Source: the human T2T-CHM13v2.0 reference genome, Homo sapiens
Assembly (NCBI RefSeq): GCF_009914755.1
Contig: NC_060935.1
Direction: 5' to 3' (one strand)
Length of the DNA: 64,000 nucleotides
Both the position numbers and the translations under genes were made by a program. Positions 30,692-45,100 of this stretch are shown here, in pieces (position 1 is the first letter of the stretch; each line of letters begins with the position of its first letter). The notes under the pieces were generated by a model. The model worked only from the letters and a program-made list of their open reading frames with translations, did no database searches and had not been told where the DNA came from.

Positions 30692-33600
30692 TAAAACATA
30701 AGCTATGAAAAATTAGAAGAGAACTGAAACCAAGCAATGGAGTCCTCTTCCTCTTTGTTATTTAATTTTTTTAGAAAGAATTTCAAGATTCCCACAGTTG
30801 CCTGGTTTCAGGACAAATCAGAGTTAAAAACAAGACTTCGTTTCAGGGATATTTAGTTGTTTTTTTTTCTTTTCCTTAATTTATTTTTCTTTTCTTTCTT
30901 CTCCTCCCTCTCTTTGCTTCTTCCTGACTTTCTCTTTTATTCATTATCTGTCTAGATCATTCAAGTTAAATTTTCCTTTAACATTTTAGTGTTATTCCTA
31001 TCATCCGAATGTCAATTTAGTGAAAATTGTACTCAAGCTAGTTTTTTATTCTTTTCCTTTGGTTTTTCTTATTTGCTTTTCACTTGAGTAAGCATAGGTC
31101 TTGCTTTTAAAGAAGAAACATGAAGACTATGGAAGGCTTGCTAATAGTGAGAAAAAGAGGGGAGTGGTGGTGTGGAGGATATATGTTTGAGTCGGTTGGT
31201 TGACGCTGCAGATGATCTGGTGATGTCACTTGAGGCTGCCCTGCCCTTATATTCTGGGGTGTAAATGTCTCTTACTATCACATAATGCATATATCCTGTG
31301 GATATAACTCCATGAATCCTTACCTCGATGCCAAATCACATTAGGCTCCCATCCACCTGAATTCACCAACCAACCCAGCTTTATCTATTATTCCACACAA
31401 TGAAACTAAACGGGTGACCTCACCTAATGCCGTAAGAAAGCAGTTGTACAATTCCTCCCACTCTCACCAGGACACTGTATAACTTAATGTAAAAAAAAAA
31501 TACAATCAACTGTGCATGTTAGTTTAAAACACATTGAAACATGATCAGTCAATAGCAGTTGTATTGCTTTTTCCTTCTGGAAGGAAGTGCATGTTTCAAA
31601 TACCTCCTCACATTTATATGCTAATTTACCACTGTTTTAAATTCATAAATTCAGATAATGACTATAGATTATTTAAGAAGTAGGAATAGTTTCTACATAC
31701 AATTTTGCATGTTTTCACAGTTAATAAAATGTTCAAGCTGAATTGTAAAGCCTTTTTGTCATATCAAGCTGGGAACATTTTTATTTAAAATTCTTTCAGT
31801 ACAAGAAAGTGTGCTGAACAAAGAAACAAGTGAAATTGAAAACAGAGTTTTTAAATTTGTCTGGAGGACATCTGTTTCATCAACTTAAATTATTTAATTT
31901 GTATGTGTTGGCTGTTAATTCATATAGCAGATAACATGATAAAATTTTCTTAATTTTTGGTGTCTCTTTAACCGTTAATTCTTTTTAGAACTTAGTTTCA
32001 TGAGGAGCTTGAAGCATATGTCACTTTTGCAAAGTGAATAATTATATTATTTTTCAGGAAGGCTATAGGTTCTATGAGTTACTACTTAATTTTTAAAAAT
32101 CTCTTGACATATTTGGTGATAAAATCAATATTGCATTAAAGCAAAAGGGTGTTATTTTTATTCAGAAGTGCACATAAATTAGAACAAGGTTTGTGGGTAG
32201 TCCTTTTTGTAAAATTTCTCAGTTAATAGTTTTATGTTCCAAGTTTTAAAAGGGATGTCAGCATTCTAAGTAGTTCTAAGGAAAGCATTCTTTTTAATAC
32301 GTAAATATTATTTGTTTATTTAAATATTTTTCTCATGTCTCTCCTAAGATTCTGTCAATCTTACTACTTTTAAAAATAATCTATGATCCAAATACATGTG
32401 AAGGTACTTTATCAATAGTAATTATTTTAACATATTAATTATTATTATTAAATTTTGAAAGATTTCCTTACAAGTGGCAGATATATGTTTTATTTTGTTT
32501 CATTTTTACAAAGTAAGATCTTAAATATTCTAAAGTTTGTATTGTGACTTCCAGTAATGTAAACTATATGAGGCTAATCCTCTTTTCCTCCTTTTTGTTT
32601 GTTAACCTCATTTGGGATAACTGTAACTAGTATTATTTTATTTATGTAATAAAAATATATGTGAAATAAAGTGTTACTGGTAAAGTACTTGTAAACATGA
32701 TAAATATTAGCAAGTTGCATACAGAATTAAAAAGTAGAAAAAAATATGAAACGTAGAGTATGTTATTCCTTAACATATAAGGATTGAGAAAATTGACACG
32801 AGTAAACTTTAAGTCTGTTTATTTAGAATCCAAGAATAATACAGTATTAGTGATCTAATATTTGTTATAATCACATACAATTGATTTTGCGTATGTTTAA
32901 AAATTTTTTAAGAAAACAAATTGTAAATAAGGAGAGAACATTTTCTAGCAGAGAAAAGGAAAGTTATTTTGACAAATGAGCATGCTGAAAATCCTTAAGG
33001 CAAATCTAAGCAGAATTTGGGAAAAAATCAATAGTCAAGAGTGTGGGTCAGGTGATTGGTGTTTGTTGAATGGACTGACCGAGAGCATACAGACTCGTGA
33101 TTTTCCAATCTAATTAAAGGTAAAACGTAAGCAGTAAATATAAGGCAACCTCATTTATCAAGCTCTATGCCTTTGAGTACAAAAGGGTAAAAATAGGTCT
33201 TGAAATTTAATATTCTAGATAATTAACATGAAACTTATTCCTCACCATGATACGGACTGGATTTTTAAATTTGTCATGTTAGATTAAATATAAAGACATA
33301 ATATGTGGCTGGTTAAGTTTATTTTAGTCATGATTTTTCTACAGTGGCTCCTTGTAAAACTGGAGGATCTGATCTGTCTGTGAATAAGGGCCATTAAACA
33401 GTATATGTTTAATTATTTTGTGGAATGTATACTCAAAAAAAACACAAAGAATAAAGCGTGTTAGTTATCTAGGGTACAGCTTATTTAATGCTGGTTCATC
33501 TGCCTCAAAACTAAATTAGTGCTCTAAGAATACTATGGTAACATAAACTATTCTGTGTATAGAGTTTACATGCTCATAAGTCTAAACCTGATTAACTTAA

Positions 33601-35924
33601 ACTTATAATTTTTGGTATAAATCCCACATTCCTGAGGAAGGAACAATTTTGGCTTATAGTTTATTCCAACCATTCTATTGTTGGAAAGTCACACTTTGAT
33701 GAATATTAAACTAAAATTATATGAAATACAGATAATACAAAATTATGACCTATTACAATAACAAAAAAAGTGAGTGTAATAGCCCTTGTAGTCAAATTTC
33801 AAAATGTAATTACAAGTATACATTTTTTTGTGAGGTATCCAAAATATGAAGTATGACGGAATGGACATTTAAAAAATAAATTTAATATAGGCAACTTTCT
33901 TTAATTAAAATGTCATATTGTTGTATCACAGGTAGATAACAGAATAGTTATCTTTGCAAACAAAAATGCTAGTTTAATTGGATATGTCCATCACAAAACA
34001 TTTGAGATAACCCAAAAGCTGGCTGTTTTCTCATATTTTTTCAATAGTTAATGGATAGAGATATTTTGATTTGGAGGATGAGATATGTTCAGTTTGACCA
34101 AGAGTAATAACAAAAATACTAAATTAGTCCATCTCCAAATTTTGCAAAAGATAAATATATTTTAGTCATTTTGATTGTTAGTTTAATTCAGCTACATTAG
34201 AAATCCTGTAAAAGAATCAGCCCTTTAAAAAGGCAGTCCCTGTCCAATATAATCCATAAATATTCAGATTCTGAAATGAGTCATTTAAATCTCAGATGGC
34301 AATAAGAAGTACTAATAGAATGGATCAAGTACTCATGTATTATCGTCTTGGTGAAATAATAATAGAATTTTATAGACTGTTTAAAACTTTTTAAACTTTG
34401 ATAGAAAGGACTAATTGATTAATATTTTTCTTATTTTAAAGTGATTTTTTTATCTTGTTCTCTTTTTCTAGCTAGAATCATTTTATTCAATTGTTTACAA
34501 GATAATGGATTGAAAAGCTGTAAAAATCACAAATAGAATCAATATTATGCCCTAGTAATGATGAAAAAGTTTCTTTTTTAAGTTAAATATTAATTCTGTG
34601 TGGCTGATTTATTTGTGGACTCTAAGTATCCAAAATGAGCAGTACTTTACAAAGTACTTGTAAAAGTATACGTAAAATAGAGTTGTTTAGTTAATTTAAA
34701 TACATTGAAAATATGACACTAAACCTAGTAGGCTCTGCAGGATTTTCCACTTATAAAGTAGGTACTTAATAAAAACTCACTGAATTTAAGTGTACTAAAT
34801 AATATAATATTTTTTTGTTTAATTCAACTATGTTTAAATATTTTTGCACGTTTTCTCTTCCAGGATCATGAAGCCCTAAAAAGGCATTCTAAGAGTTTAC
34901 ACTGGACTAATATAATAATCTTAAACATGCTAAAGATAAAATTCTGATGATTTGACTTGCAAAGTTGTTAGTAAAGAAATACTAGAATTAAATACTATTT
35001 GACTTTTGCCTATATTTAGGAAAATGAGTGATGTGACTCAACTGTGACTCTCATTAGCTTTTCTTATTTTGAATTGGTAGCAAGCTTCTAAGTTGATTTC
35101 AGATAATTCTTTAGTTTTATATTTTTTCTCTCTTACCTTAATTTTTCATCCTGAGATTGAGAAAGATATGAGTCATATTCTTATAGTTTTTCTCTTTCTT
35201 AAGTGATAGGATGATGCATAATTTGTATATATTTGATGTATTTTAGAGTTGTCGTAGGATTAAGCTTTCATAAAGCTGTCAAAAAAACTCCTAATTTTTT
35301 TTCAATCTGGAAAGTGTTATTTTTCAAGGAGGAAATATTTTACATCCTGGCATTGGGAAATATATATATATACATATGATTATATATATAAAATCTTATT
35401 AGAGCAATATTATTATTCTGGATTTTAAAATGAAGGATAAATAATAATACACCTTACACTTTATGACAACCATATATTTTTTAAAACTATATATGTGTGT
35501 GTGTATATATATTTATATATCTTTTCATATATATATATGATTTTATTTAACCTCAAGCTAATCTTACAGTGAGACAGTCTAAAAAGAAAGTAATTATGTT
35601 CTAGATAAGACAGCTTCGGTACAAAGGAGTTACTTTACTTTCTTCCAAAGACTATCTAGTAATAGACTACAAAGCCAGAGCTTGAACTAATTCTTATACC
35701 TACTATCCTAGTGCTTTTACCGGAAGGCCATAAGGGTGTGAAAAAGATAACATCTATATTGAGCCTGCCTGAATTAAGAAAGAAAAAGGAATTGCCATTT
35801 ATCATTTCTCTAATTTAATTGCAAAATTTTGAAGAAAACAGGGCAAGACAGTTCTGGGCAACTTATTCATGAATCATATGACAGTGAATGATACAGCAAA
35901 GGCTGAAGTCATATTATGTAATGA

Positions 35925-37270
35925 AGCCATTCATTCATTCATTAGATAAGATAATGAATTATCCATTTACTCATCAAACATGTTTATCAAGAGCAACTCT
36001 ATTCAAGACATTATGCTAGCAGCTGGCAACACAAAAACTTATAAGAGTAGTTGCTGACCTTAAGGAGCTGATAGCCCAGTGGGAAAGAGAGACAAGTCAG
36101 TGATTACGGTAATGATTACAGTACAATGTGGTAAAGTGCTATGACAGAGAAACATTGCTAGGAGAGAGATGGACACGGAAATGGGAAGGATAATTACATC
36201 AAACTTGGCATGGCATCCTAAGGATGATATTGCCTGATCTGGGTGTTAAGATCTAGTCGAGTCATTTGAAAAAGAACAAGGAAGGAGAGCATGCCTCGTC
36301 AAAGGAGTAGTGCACGAGGAGACACCAAGTTGTGGGACAGCCAAGTGTCTTTGAGCCATTGAACATGGATTAGTCTGGTAATAGTATTGAATGTGAGGAG
36401 GGGAGTTGTGCTAAGGGGTGAGACTTTGTAGATCTCAGAGGTTATGTAGCTATGGTCAGGACACTCTTCTGAATACAAAGAGGGACCCATAAATGATTGG
36501 AACACAATAATGACATTAGCAAACTTATGTTTTATAAAGAACAGGCTAGGTTGCAAAAGGGAGAATCAATTGGAAGAGGACAAAATAGGTACAAAAGACC
36601 AGTTGACTGAGTCTTAAAGTAATACGATTTACAATGATGGCTGCTGAGTTAAAAGTGGAAGCATGGAGGAGAGAGAAAAGCACATAGATCCAACGCAGAA
36701 TTTTTGATGGAACTTAGTGATTGGTTGGATGTCTGTGTGGGAGGGTGCAGGGGAAGTGTGGTAAAAATAAAAGATGTTTTTTCAGCCTTCTGGCTTGGGC
36801 AAATGTTTAGATAGTGAGTAAAGAAGCAACACACAGAAGGAGCAGATCTGAGTGGGGAGGGTGACTATACAATGGACTTACTGATTTTGAGGTGTTAAAA
36901 ATACATCCAAAGGGGGCTGTGCAATAGAGATTTGGACATGTGTGTCTGGAGCTTTTGGGTTCAGTCTGAGCTGAAGACAGATGATCAGTGAGCCTTGGAG
37001 ACTTGGAAGTGAATGAGATCACCCAGAGAGAGCAGAAGCAGTGCCAAGAGTGCTGAAAGTCAAACCCTAGGAAGAACCAATGTTTGAGGGGAAGAGAGAG
37101 GAAACAGGTAAAACAAAGAAAGCTGAGGAGAAGGGGTCACAGAATTCAGAGGAAAATGAGGCAAGAGTAATTTCATAGAAGCCAAAAGATAGGGAACCTG
37201 TCAAGTAAACAGTGTTCAACCTCGTTGACAACTGCAGAGTTTAAAGAAAGAATTGCAAGGATAACTGTAA
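35925..37270 (-). mobile_element. L2
   Basis: cattcattcattc tail, ttgctgaccttaaggagctga, gaatgagatcacccagagagag. Confidence 0.78.
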
Positions 37271-37409
37271 TATCTTCAACATAGGTTTTTCCTTTTCTTT
37301 TCAGAATGTTCTTTTGTATATGACCAGAAAAAAAAAAGCAACCCCATAGAGATTCTAATACATAGGTTTTTGGATATATTGGCCTAGAATGTTCTTCTTT
37401 CACTTAGAG

Positions 37410-37600
37410 ATATGGAGAGATAATCTCCTCTGGAGTTTTGAGCCAGATGAGTTTGAATTGGCAGCCTGATAGTGGGCAAGTTACGTAACACTTCTGAGTC
37501 TCGATTTCCTAGTCTGTTAACACAGATAAATCACATATATCACACATAAATTTTATGAATATTAGAAAATAATTTGGAAAATATTCCACATGTAGTTAAA
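37410..37600 (+). mobile_element. MIR
   Basis: gggcaagttacgtaacacttctgagtctcgatttcc. Confidence 0.65.
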
Positions 37601-39499
37601 AATCAGTTATTATATCTGCATTTCATTTTCTGTGTCATATGGAAATTGTATGTCTGAGCCAATTTTAATATTTCAAGTTATTTATATTTTAAATTTATAT
37701 TTTTAAAAGGCATTTTAAATAGATTTTTTGATATTTCGTAGAAAATTTTTTGACTTCTCACTGAATTGTTAATTTTAAATCACGTACAGAAGTCTAAAGC
37801 CATATTTGTCAAAATTATTTTTAAGTCTTAAGAGAGGGTAAATTTATCTAAGATCTTTGGGCCATTCAGAGAGAGGATTGTTTCACTGATAGATTAAAGG
37901 AGGTCAATGAATTCTCCTAATTTTATGCAAAATTGTGTGTACTTGTGCACAGTGTGTGTGTGTTTACAGAGACACAATCAAACTTTTGAACAGCTTCTCA
38001 ATGAGTTCCAGTCACAAAAAAGGCCCAGTACTTCAGCCCTAAAGGAGCCACACATAAATTAGATGAACAAACAGCTCTTCATTCCCTATCTTCATCATTT
38101 TAGAAGCAGAATAGATTTTAGCCTTGAAACTAACCAGGAATTTTTTTTAATGAAATCCATCTCTACTACCTTCTTCCTTAACATAGAAAATAATCAGTGT
38201 GTCTAAGCTGGAAAACCCCTTGGCTTTGTCCTCTGCCTCTCGCATTGTCATCCTATAATTTTTATTTATTCTCTTACTATCCAAAGTGTTACATATTCTA
38301 CATCAGCTCTTTCTATTTTCATCACCATTTACTTTTCCCTACCATCACCACTCCTGGAACACTGTGTTCTTGAAGGTCATCAGTGACTTACAAATTAGTA
38401 AATCCAATTGTTATTTCTTATGCCTCGTTTTCTCAGAATAGTTTGCAGGATTTGACATTGCTGACAACTCCTTGTTCTTTGAAACTCATTCCTCCTCTTG
38501 TAATAATAATAACTACTATAATGGAGTACTGTGTGCCAGATTTTGTGATCTCAATTTTTACAAAACTCAGAAGTAGGCATTATTATTATTATTTTATAGG
38601 TGAAGAACCTGAAGATTTGCATAGCTTAGAAAATTTGTCTAAGACCTCAAAGTATCCAGGGCATCTGAATTTAAAGTCAGTTTTCTTAGCCAATACAGGA
38701 TTTGCCTGCCATTCATACCACAGCATCTTGATCAATACAGTATTGACAAAATACCCAACATTCAGTGTGACTGTCGCCGGTTAACTTTTAATTCTGATTT
38801 CAAGATGTTTTTCTTAAAGTTACCTCTGTCACAACTTTTACTTACCCCAACAAATATGGACATATTGATTTTTCTATGTGGTTTGTAACGCAGCACAAAA
38901 ATTTCAGAATCCAAAACTGTAACACTCCCATTACTTTATATTGCCAAATTCATGTCATAAACACAACCAAGTGTAAAAACGACTAAATGACTCTTTTAAC
39001 TGTTATGTAAACAGTGTTGGATGCTTCATTAGTTGGCCAGTCTACATATTTTTATAGAAAAATTATTTGATTTCAGGATAACTGCAGATATTCAAAACTA
39101 TTTTCCAGAATGCTTCATTTAAATATTTACTGAGCTATCAAGTATTTTCTTTCCATTTTTTGGGGGGGGTCATATTTTTGGATTTCAAATAAATAGGGTG
39201 ATGACTGTCCTAAAGAACACCATGCTATCTCAAAATTGCTCATTTTTAGAGCATCATCAGGTGCCTCCGACTTAAGAAAACTGTTGATATTGTCAATAAA
39301 AAGTTTAATGTTATGTTAGAAATAAAAGATAAAAAATATTTGAGATGTATTCCTTCTTTCAATAAGCCACTGTTTTTCCAGAAATAGCAGAAATTATACT
39401 ATAAGCTATAATCACTATTTGCTTATTTTTGTTGCTGATATGTTTATTCCAAAATGAGCAGACTTTAAATATATTATGCCCTGTGATTTTCCCATTTTT

Positions 39500-40620
39500 T
39501 ATATTTTTATCTTAAAACTCACACATACTTGTAAAAATTTCAAATACTTCAGAAATCTTAAAAAGTTAGAATATTCCTTAATCACAACACTTGGAGCTAA
39601 TCAGACTAAACAGTTTGCTAGGGATCTTTCCAGACTTTTTTTTTTTCTGTATAGACCTAGAGAAACAGATATTACTCTAAACATAAGCTTCTAATATGTA
39701 TCTAGAAATAAAAGTATTTAATAAGATAATATTTTATAGCTATATCTTATTAATGGTTTATTTCTGTTAATCATAAAAGGTATTCTTTTGGTATTTAAGA
39801 ACTGCTTCATTTTCTTATACTGCTGCATAACATGCCATTGCATGAAGTTTCTATGATTAATGTATTCAATCTCCTCGGGATCAATATTTAGATTATTTCC
39901 AGGTCTTTGATATTACAAACTAAACAACAGTAAAACTTCTTGTACCTGAGTGACTATTCCTGCAAGATCAGTTCCTGGAGGTAAAATTGCTATATCAAAT
40001 AATTAAGATTTATGCTTTTAATGAATATTATCATATATTTTCAAAATTTATTTAAATTTACAACAACCAGCATGTGAGAATAATTTTTTTCTATGACTTG
40101 CCAACAGTGACGATTATCAGTTTTTTGAATCTTTACTTGTCCTGAAGGGTGAGGATGATTTCTCATTGCTGCTTTAATTTACACATTTTTGGTTAATTGA
40201 GAGGCTTAAGACAATTTTATTTATCAGATCTGTGTACTTCTTTCTCTGTTTTTTTCCTTTACAAATGTTTTCTTTCTCGGTTGTGAGAGTGTTTTACATA
40301 CTATAGAAATTAACCCTTTGTCATATACGTTGCAAATTATTTTTCCACTTTCCCTTTGGCTTCCAGATTCATTGATGATGTCTTTGGCCACACAAACATT
40401 TAAAATTTTTGTTTAGTCAAACTTGTGACTCATTTTCTTTATGGCTTCAGGGTGTTGTGTTAGCATAAAAAAGGCATTCCTAGCCTTACAACTATAAAAA
40501 TATTATTCTACATTTTTTCTAGCATTTTTATAATTTTTAATTTTATATTTGTAACACTAACTCTTCTGGAATTTATTTTCTTACATTAGAAACTGATCTT
40601 TGTGAGGTTTTCTTGTGTTA
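39500..40620 (-). mobile_element. Old L1 (L1ME-like)
   Basis: taaccctttgtcatatacgttgcaaattattttcc; ttttctttatggcttc. Confidence 0.7.
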
Positions 40621-40929
40621 TTTATTTGCATAAGCTGCTCTTTTAAAAGTGCTTTGAACTGCTACATTTGTGCAAAACTGATGCTCTTTTTTGACTGAAT
40701 TTGAGCTTGGACAGAAATTCTGCTGTTTATCTTCTGAAGTTCTCCTATTTGTCGTTCTTCACTTATTTACCCCTTTCTGATAGTCTTGCTTCTTCTATTA
40801 TTTCCTTTTTTTTTCTTTCTTCTGATTGTCACTCACCACCTGACCAAATCCCCATGCCTCTACCTCCAAAGTACATCACATTTTCACTTTCTCCATCTCT
40901 ATTTCACCCTCCTTGTCCAAATCAATGGT

Positions 40930-41540
40930 TTTATTTTAATTTTTTTACTTATATAAATTTATGAGGTAGAAATGCAATTTTGTTACATGTATAGATTGTG
41001 TAGTGATGAAGTCAGGGCATTTAGAGTATGCTTTACCTGAATAACGTGCATTGCACTCATTAAGTAATTTATCATCATCCACCCTCCTCTAACCCCCCCA
41101 TTATTCAGAGTCTACAATGTCTATTAGTCCAAACTCAGTTGTCCATGAGTACACATTGCTTAGCTCCCACTTATAAATAAGCACATGTAATATTTGATTT
41201 TTCTGTGTCTGACTTGTTTCACTTAAAATAATGGCCTCTAGTTCCATCTGTGTTGCTGAAAACAACACAATTTCATTCTTTTTTATGGCCAAGTAGTATT
41301 CCATTGTATATATATATATATATATACCATATTTTCCTTATCCAGTCCTCCAGTGATGGACACTTAGATTGATTCAATGATGTTGCTGTTGTGAATAGCT
41401 CTGTGATAAACATACAAGTGCAGGTACCTTGATAATGATTTATTTTCCTGTGTATAGATACCCAGTAGTGGGATTGCTGGATCAAAGGGTAGTACTATTT
41501 TTAGTTCTCAGACTAAAAGTTGTGCTAATTTGCATTCCCA
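40930..41540 (-). mobile_element. L1MA/L1PB 3' end nested in an L2
   Basis: tagctcccacttataaat, cccagtagtgggattgctggatc; ORF 41101-41304 resembles the L1 ORF2 C-terminus (MEYYLAIKKNE). Confidence 0.88.
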
Positions 41541-41544
41541 ATTG

Positions 41545-42190
41545 GCACTACTTTAATAATTTCATAATTAATTTCCTGCTTCTGCTTTTTACCTTTCTCC
41601 ATCTACTTAACACATTTGAGCCGGGGGTACCCTTCTGAATTTATAAATCAGAGACTGTTTCTTTTGTACCTAGAACCCTCCAATGACTTTTCATTGCTTT
41701 AGAATAAAATTCCAACTCTTTACCATGGCCCTGCATGAACTGACTCTTGCCTGCTTCTTTGTCTTGTTCACCATTCTGGGGTCCACTCTGGTCTTCTTTC
41801 GTCTATGCCCTTGTACCTGCCATTCCCTTTTATTGGACTCCTCCAATACAGTTATTTGCCTAACTAGAGTTTTCTGAACTTTTAAGACTCAGGTTAAATG
41901 TCACCTTCTCAGAAAACTTTGCTGGCTAACCTCTGTAGCCAAATTTATCCCACACCAAAACACCAATCACTCTATATCACATTGCCAACCTAATGATCAT
42001 CTTTTTTTTATCACAATCTGTAACTATTATTTCCAAATATTTGTTTACCTATTTATCATCCATATTCCCCACTAGAATAAAAACTTTCAGGGCTGTGTCT
42101 GACTTTTTAAACGTCCTGTCCTCATAACCTCTCACAATGGTTGATGCAAAATAGGAATCGGTAAATATCCTTGAATAAATGAATGAGAAA
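41545..42190 (+). mobile_element. L2 3' end
   Basis: agaataaaattccaactctttacc ... gaataaatgaatga. Confidence 0.75.
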
Positions 42191-45100
42191 TACATGGTGA
42201 GTTTTCTCTTCATTCATCTTTGGGGCATCCTTCAAATAGCTAACACTTTTCCTGTGTTATATTATCGAAAAATCAAGTAAAGAATATGAAGACAATGGGA
42301 TAGTAGATCCAAAATAAATATTACATATTTTGTTTATCATAAACATTTTTTCTCATTTGTTTCCATTAAATTTAATTTAACATATGAGCTGAGTATAAAG
42401 AAAATATATCCTAGAAGAAAGAAGTTAGGACTGTTAATGCTAATTGACGTACATTGTGCTGATCAGATTGCATTTTGATAAATTTAAATCTGGTAGAAGA
42501 TAAATTCTAGGTGCATATAACATTTAGTGTCTGCTGACAAAAGAAATTCAAAATGCTGATACAAACCACTTTCAAAGTAGGAGAAAGCCCTTTTGGGAAG
42601 CCCAGGTGAACTAGCAAGCACACTCAGGAGAATCCCATCTGTTCAGACATTGGCTGCTTCCTCAGTACTTCTTGGAACTAGGAAGCTCTTGGAAAGAGAA
42701 GGTTAGAGTCAAATGTATAACGTTATTCCTTTCAGTTCTTGATCATCTACATTGCACCTTCTATGGTAAATCTCATGAGCAATTTGTTAGTTTCCATAAC
42801 CCTTTATTCCCTCCTTATTTGAAATTAGGTTATCCTTGGTTAATTACTTAATCTTTAACTATGTATACAGTCTTACCTAGGCAAGTTTGAAAGGGAATTC
42901 ATCACTTTTTGTTCCAAAAATTTAACATCAATACAAAGTGATCCCTTTTTTCCTCCCCAAAAACATGCACGTCTCCTGCTTTCTTAATGGGAAGTCTGTT
43001 AAGTCAAAATGTTACTTTCTTTTCTCTGACAACTAGGAAGCTCATTTCCAAATTTACTATTTAGTAATAACATTACTCCTCATTTTAAACAATTTTCATT
43101 GGTTTTACATCTTTGATTTTTCTAAAATCATATTATAAATGTATATGTATAATATATGCATACAAGTATTACATATAGAATATATATACTTTTAGACTAT
43201 GCACATTATTTTTGGAAAGTAGCACAGAGATACTGTGATTATAAATTTAAAAATGTGTGATATCCCATTCAACACAGATGTTGGTCAGATTTTGCTTAAA
43301 TAATCAAATTTCCTTTTTGGTAGTCTCTGTATCTTGTATATGCCTTGGAAGATAGACAGAGAGAGAGGCAGACAGACATATATAGACAGATAGATAGATA
43401 ACCTGTCAACACTGTTAGACTGTGACTTCCGTGACAACGAGGATGATACCGTACTAAAGACTCTATCATGAAGGCCTATTACAGTGTCTGGAACATTAAT
43501 GTTCTGTACTCATATGTTTGCAGACTGTTTGTTGGAGGAAGTAGGGGAGAAAGAGAGAGAAACTGTTTCTTGATTGGATATCTATAACAACAAATTCTTA
43601 GCCAGAATTGAATAACACAAAACAAATCTGGTTAATTTTCTTATGACTCACACTCGTCACATTTTTTAAAAACAGGTATCACACATCCTTTTAGTGATTT
43701 CCCAAGCTAAGTAACATTTCTTTACATAACATAGTTTCTAAAACCTTTAACATCCAAATTTTGGCATTCTGGATGTCCCCTGGACTTATTGAAATTTTGT
43801 TAAAATATAATAACTTAAATTAACTCACACAATACACCCCTGTTATGATCAGTATAGAATTAAACTCCACATTCCTGACACTCATGATTATGGCCTGACC
43901 TGTTCTGTCTGGATGGGAATATTACTTCCAATTATTTAGGCATTGTACGTATAAAGAGTTGTCCAAGATTATTTGGGTCTTAATTATTCAGTTACATCAT
44001 TATATTGGTTCCTGTTAAGTCTATGCTCACACTCTGCTCTTTTTTCCACACAAATTGCTACAAATTAACCTCTCCATAGAACATTTTTAAAAATTCACAG
44101 TTAGAAATATTTCTTATGTTCACTCTTAAATTTTAATTTGTTTGGAAACATCTAGACCGTCCTCAATCTTAATTCAGCTAGCTATAAACTATTTTTAAAT
44201 TCTGTGGGACTCTTTACTATATTATTATCCATATTGCTGATTAAAATGCAGAAAAGGTTGTGGTATAGGATAGATGTGGGATGATGCCAGGATATGAATC
44301 AATACATTTTAGGTCCGTGTGGGCAGTTACATGTGGATTCTTTTAAAAATAATTAATTTGATCAAATTTCTCCATATTGTCCACAACAGTTGCCATTTCA
44401 CTACACTGGTACATTTTTTAAAGTAAAACAAACATAAGGGCCGTGAAATCTTGCAGAAATATTTCAGTGCAACTACATTGGATAAAGGAGAGCACACATA
44501 CACACATACACACACACATACACCCTGCATTCAGATTGAAAAGAAATGACAAAAGATATACAACAGAAAATTCACATTGGAATAAATAAATAAGCCCAGT
44601 AAACAAACTATAAAGTATATTTAACCTTAATAGTCAGAGAAAATCAAATTGAGATACACAATTTTACATAATAAATTAGCTAATTTTGGTGGTACAGATG
44701 AAGAGAATGTTAAGTCACTCAAGATATCTGGGACATTTAAAATTGATACAAAGCCTTTGAAAATCAATTTGTAACAATTTATCAAAAGCCATTGAAATTG
44801 TGAATCATTTGACCCCATGAATGTAGGAAAACCTCTAAACACGAACATTTCATTAAAGCATTACCTAGCAATATTTAGTTGGGGAATGGTTAAACTAATT
44901 AACATGCAGCCAAGCTGCTTAAGGAAGTCTGTTGATCATGAGAGTTCTCCATCTGACTTGTGCCAACAGTTCTAGATTCAGGAATTTTTTATGTAGACTC
45001 TTTATATGCTTTTATTTTTATTATTTTGTTTTATTTTCTTACAGAAGGGGCAGGGTCATGGTAGAAGGATGTTCTAGTCAGATGCAAAAAAAGATGTCCT

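Noticed and set aside
37037-37057. RE1/NRSE-like sequence (also a TTCAGCACC half-site near 50714)
   Set aside because: Only half of the 21-bp consensus matches and both lie in old repeats; no convincing full RE1 seen near the promoter.
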